Assembly (NCBI GenBank): GCA_965116885.1
Contig: OZ220741.1
Span: 1,248,001-1,312,000, forward strand
DNA from: Candidatus Latescibacterota bacterium
Lineage (GTDB): Bacteria > Latescibacterota > UBA2968
DNA length: 64,000 bases
Direction: 5' to 3'
Shown here: positions 60,900-64,000 of the stretch, piece after piece
Numbering within the stretch: position 1 is the first letter of the stretch
Layout of the letters: the number at the start of each line of letters is the position of its first letter
Position numbers and translations under genes: made by a program
The notes under the pieces: generated by a model
The model's database searches: none
What the model was told of the DNA's origin: nothing
Seen by the model: the letters and a program-made list of their open reading frames with translations, nothing else

Positions 60900-61970
60900 A
60901 TGTCCGGTATTTTCATATCATTTGAAGGTATTGATCAAAGCGGGAAAAGCACCCAGGCCAAGTTGCTATTTGATCATTTGCAGGAGCGTGGGCACGAGGT
61001 TGTATTTACTTATGAGCCGGGCGATACAGAACTCGGTCAAGAAATTCGGCGTCTCGTACTCGAAAGGAAATCGCAAGGCGAGATTGATGCAACCGCCGAA
61101 ATGTTCTTATTTTCAGCGGATCGCGTACAGCATGTCAACGAATTGATTCGGCCATCGCTGGATGCGGGCAAAGTGGTAATTTCAGATCGTTACGTCGATT
61201 CTACATTGGCCTATCAGGGCTATGGTCGCGGGTTGAATCTCGATGACCTGAGAATGGTTCAAAACGTGGCCACGGGTGGTTTAAAACCAGATATTACAAT
61301 CTGGATAGATGTTGATTTGCAGACGGTTCAAAAACGGGAATTGCCACTTTTTTCAGACCGCATTGAATCAGAAGATAGAGGAGGAGAGAAAACATTTTTT
61401 CAAAGGGTTCGGCAGGGTTTTAAAGAAGCGTGTCAATCTGAACCCAACCGCATTTTCAGGGTGGATGGAACGCGAGCCATCGGTACTGTATTTAAGGATG
61501 TTAAAAAGACCGTTGTTAATCAGATCTCGGTCAGGGATTTATATAAGATTAACTTGAAAGACTGGGTATTTAGTACCATTGAGAAGGTAGAAAACGGGAC
61601 TGCTTGGAACTATGCGTGGCAAGAGACATATTTCGAGTTGGGAGGCAAGAGCAAAGAAAGCGGACGTAAATTCTCACCTATGAACGGCACAGAGATCCTG
61701 TATCGACTGGGAAGAATAAAAGGCAGTAGAAAGCCTTTTCGAAATCCAGAATTGAAAGAGATATGGAACGGTTCAACGAATGGAGCCTATGCAATTCTGG
61801 CGTTGGAATACATTTTAGAAAAGTCCGATATTTCTCGGTCCGAGTTGTGGTCCAGAATACAAGAGCGTATTCGTTCTGAATTGGGTGAGGAACCCGCAAG
61901 GTTCAATCAAGGTGCTCCCACAGTTGCATATAAGCTGTGGCATCTCGGACTGATCATGCACGACAAATGA
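60900..61970 (+). CDS. tmk: Thymidylate kinase fused to a ~140-aa uncharacterised C-terminal domain
   Basis: FEGIDQSGKST, EPG, SDRYVDSTLAYQG, DRIE; 356 aa against ~210 typical. Confidence 0.88.
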   Translation: MSGIFISFEGIDQSGKSTQAKLLFDHLQERGHEVVFTYEPGDTELGQEIRRLVLERKSQGEIDATAEMFLFSADRVQHVNELIRPSLDAGKVVISDRYVDSTLAYQGYGRGLNLDDLRMVQNVATGGLKPDITIWIDVDLQTVQKRELPLFSDRIESEDRGGEKTFFQRVRQGFKEACQSEPNRIFRVDGTRAIGTVFKDVKKTVVNQISVRDLYKINLKDWVFSTIEKVENGTAWNYAWQETYFELGGKSKESGRKFSPMNGTEILYRLGRIKGSRKPFRNPELKEIWNGSTNGAYAILALEYILEKSDISRSELWSRIQERIRSELGEEPARFNQGAPTVAYKLWHLGLIMHDK

Positions 61971-62011
61971 GTTTGCTGTAAGAACCCGTTACCACAAACT
62001 GGAGGCGCCCC

Positions 62012-63922
62012 ATGTTTCTCCGAAGAAGATTCGCCATTTTTATAACTTTAATTGGTGTTTTAGGTGTTTATCTGGTGCTCGATTCCCGGTTGGTGACCGG
62101 CGAAGATACTTATGAGCAATTGGGGCGCGGTTTTGATGAGATTAACGAAGCCTACCGCCTGCTCTTCAACCAGTATGTCGATGAGCTGAAGCCAGGGGAT
62201 TTGAGCAAGGCTGCCATTTCCGGAATGTTGTGGGATCTGGATCCTTATACGACCCTTTTTGATAGCAGTGACCTCAAGCAACTTCAGATCGAAACACAGG
62301 GCAAATTTGGTGGGCTGGGCATTATGATCAGCAAGCGAGGAAAGGATGATGGGCCTCCGGTTGTGATGAGTGTTATTGAAGGCACGCCTGCCGACTCCAC
62401 CAGGCTCGTTGTGGGAGATCGCATCGTCGCGATTGACGGGGATCCGACTTTTGACAAGGATCTGCGCGAAATTGTCGATGTTTTGCGGGGTGATCCTGGC
62501 GCTGGCGTGACCATTAAAATTGAGCGACCAGGGATGGTGGAACCCTTTGATCAGCCAATTATTCGAGCGCGCATTGACATTTCAAGTGTACAAATTCCGG
62601 GCGAAGTCGATCCCGATATCGGTTATATCTCCATGTCCTGGCTCAGTGCTTCTCGATTTACTGAACGCACAGGAGGAGAGTTGCAACAGGCATTGATAAG
62701 ATCGCTCAATAATGGTGCTACGGGGATTATCCTGGATTTGCGCGGCAATCCGGGAGGCTTACTCAACGCGGCGGTTGATGTGGTCGATAAATTTTTGCCA
62801 TCTGATCGCCTGGTCGTGTCAACCAGAGGTCGCCTTTCGGATCAGAGTCGCAGTCACAAAACGCGCGACGACTCTATATTGCCCGCCGAAATTCCACTCG
62901 TGATCCTGGTTGACGAGCGCAGTGCCAGTGCATCAGAAATTGTCGCAGGGGCAATTCAGGATTGGGACCGGGGGGTTATAGTGGGCACGCAAACATTTGG
63001 AAAAGGCTCTGTACAAACCGTGCGCCAACTGGGACATCAGGGCGATAAGGCTTTGAAGTTGACAACAGCAGCCTATTATACGCCGAGTGGGCGCAGCATT
63101 CACAATGCTGAGAAGCGCCGATATCGCGGTGGGCCCATTGAGATTACTGTGGGAAATTCAACACAGGTCTCGGCGTATGAACTCTTTGGTATTATTGGTC
63201 AGGCTGAACGGCGCGAAGATGTTATTACGGAACTCGAGGAGAGATTTGATCTGGACAAGGACCTGGCTGAAGAAGTACTTGGCATGCGGTTGGAAGGGTT
63301 GTTGGGTTTGGCTACCAAAGAGCATAATGGGCCTGAAGATATCGATCCCGAAAAGGTATTTACAACGCGCGTGAATAAGCGCAAAGTTTATGGCGGCGGT
63401 GGGATTAAGCCCGATGTGGTGGTTGAACAAGAACGCAGGCCACGGCTGGTGATAGCATTATTGCGCGAGGGGTTGATTTTTGATTTTGCGGTTGATTTTG
63501 CAACAAGGCAATCATTTCCCAATCGGTTTGAAGACTACACCTTGCCCGAAGATATTGTTGCTCAATTCTGGACTTTCATGGCAGATTCAGCCAATGCCGA
63601 GGGTTTTGACTATAAAACGGATACAGAAATTCAAGTGCAAGAGGTCAAGAAATCACTAAAAGAGAAGGATGTATTGACAGACGAGACCATAGCCGCACTC
63701 AATCAATTGTCACAGGCTGCCGAGCGCGAGCGCGAAGCCGATTACAATAAGGCCGAGCCGTATATCCGTCTGGAGATTGAACGGGCATTAGCCAATCGCG
63801 TGTGGGGCACCAAGGGCAAAATTTTAGCGACGCTGAAGGGTGATAAGCAGTTTCAGGAGGCTGTTCGTCTGTTAAAGGATCGGGCTGTTTACGCTCAAAA
63901 ATTGGCGTTGGTGGAAGAGTAA
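62012..63922 (+). CDS. ctpA: Carboxyl-terminal processing protease (S41A) with PDZ domain
   Basis: [58 protein letters not shown]. Confidence 0.9.
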   Translation: MFLRRRFAIFITLIGVLGVYLVLDSRLVTGEDTYEQLGRGFDEINEAYRLLFNQYVDELKPGDLSKAAISGMLWDLDPYTTLFDSSDLKQLQIETQGKFGGLGIMISKRGKDDGPPVVMSVIEGTPADSTRLVVGDRIVAIDGDPTFDKDLREIVDVLRGDPGAGVTIKIERPGMVEPFDQPIIRARIDISSVQIPGEVDPDIGYISMSWLSASRFTERTGGELQQALIRSLNNGATGIILDLRGNPGGLLNAAVDVVDKFLPSDRLVVSTRGRLSDQSRSHKTRDDSILPAEIPLVILVDERSASASEIVAGAIQDWDRGVIVGTQTFGKGSVQTVRQLGHQGDKALKLTTAAYYTPSGRSIHNAEKRRYRGGPIEITVGNSTQVSAYELFGIIGQAERREDVITELEERFDLDKDLAEEVLGMRLEGLLGLATKEHNGPEDIDPEKVFTTRVNKRKVYGGGGIKPDVVVEQERRPRLVIALLREGLIFDFAVDFATRQSFPNRFEDYTLPEDIVAQFWTFMADSANAEGFDYKTDTEIQVQEVKKSLKEKDVLTDETIAALNQLSQAAEREREADYNKAEPYIRLEIERALANRVWGTKGKILATLKGDKQFQEAVRLLKDRAVYAQKLALVEE

Positions 63923-63929
63923 ATATCTT

Positions 63930-64000
63930 ATGATGTCATTGCCCAATATTATTTTTATTCTTTGTGATGATATCGGCTATGGCGATCTGGGTTGTTATGG
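63930..64000 (+). CDS. Sulfatase, 5' fragment truncated by the window end
   Basis: [23 protein letters not shown]. Confidence 0.8.
   Translation, partial: MMSLPNIIFILCDDIGYGDLGCY

Overview
Bacterial chromosomal window spanning the replication origin. The gene content (seven Cys-type sulfatases, PhyH dioxygenases, a PhyH-HEAT fusion, Gfo/Idh/MocA oxidoreductases, MacB-type permeases) suggests, by inference only, a Latescibacterota/Gemmatimonadota-like marine or sponge-associated heterotroph. Layout: 1-23 kb catabolic genes for sulfated sugars; 23.5-37.4 kb addB-addA and dnaN-recF-dciA-gyrB-gyrA; 37-49.5 kb a second catabolic cluster; 49.6-56.6 kb oriC, dnaA, rpmH-rnpA-yidC-mnmE-rsmG and two parS sites; 56.6-64 kb an XRE regulator, a putative structured ncRNA, a second DnaA-box cluster, and pgsA-like, tmk and ctpA genes. 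No tRNA, rRNA, CRISPR array or transposase was seen. Most notable observations: (1) a ~240-nt, promoter-driven, five-hairpin RNA rich in UCCCC motifs, divergent from the XRE gene, with similar motifs repeated in the dnaA leader; (2) rsmG and both parS sites enclosed by a perfect 24-bp inverted repeat belonging to a modular TGAACTG repeat family, one cassette of which occurs in opposite orientations at two loci; (3) a GyrA C-gate-like 44-aa module inserted in the CtpA protease; (4) dispersed GTAG-REP doublets, each with an exactly 20-bp unique spacer; (5) dnaN-recF-gyrBA lying ~19 kb from dnaA in opposite orientation; (6) NrdR-like boxes over a dnaA promoter; (7) Tmk fused to an uncharacterised domain. 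All calls are by eye; no searches or folding calculations were run.
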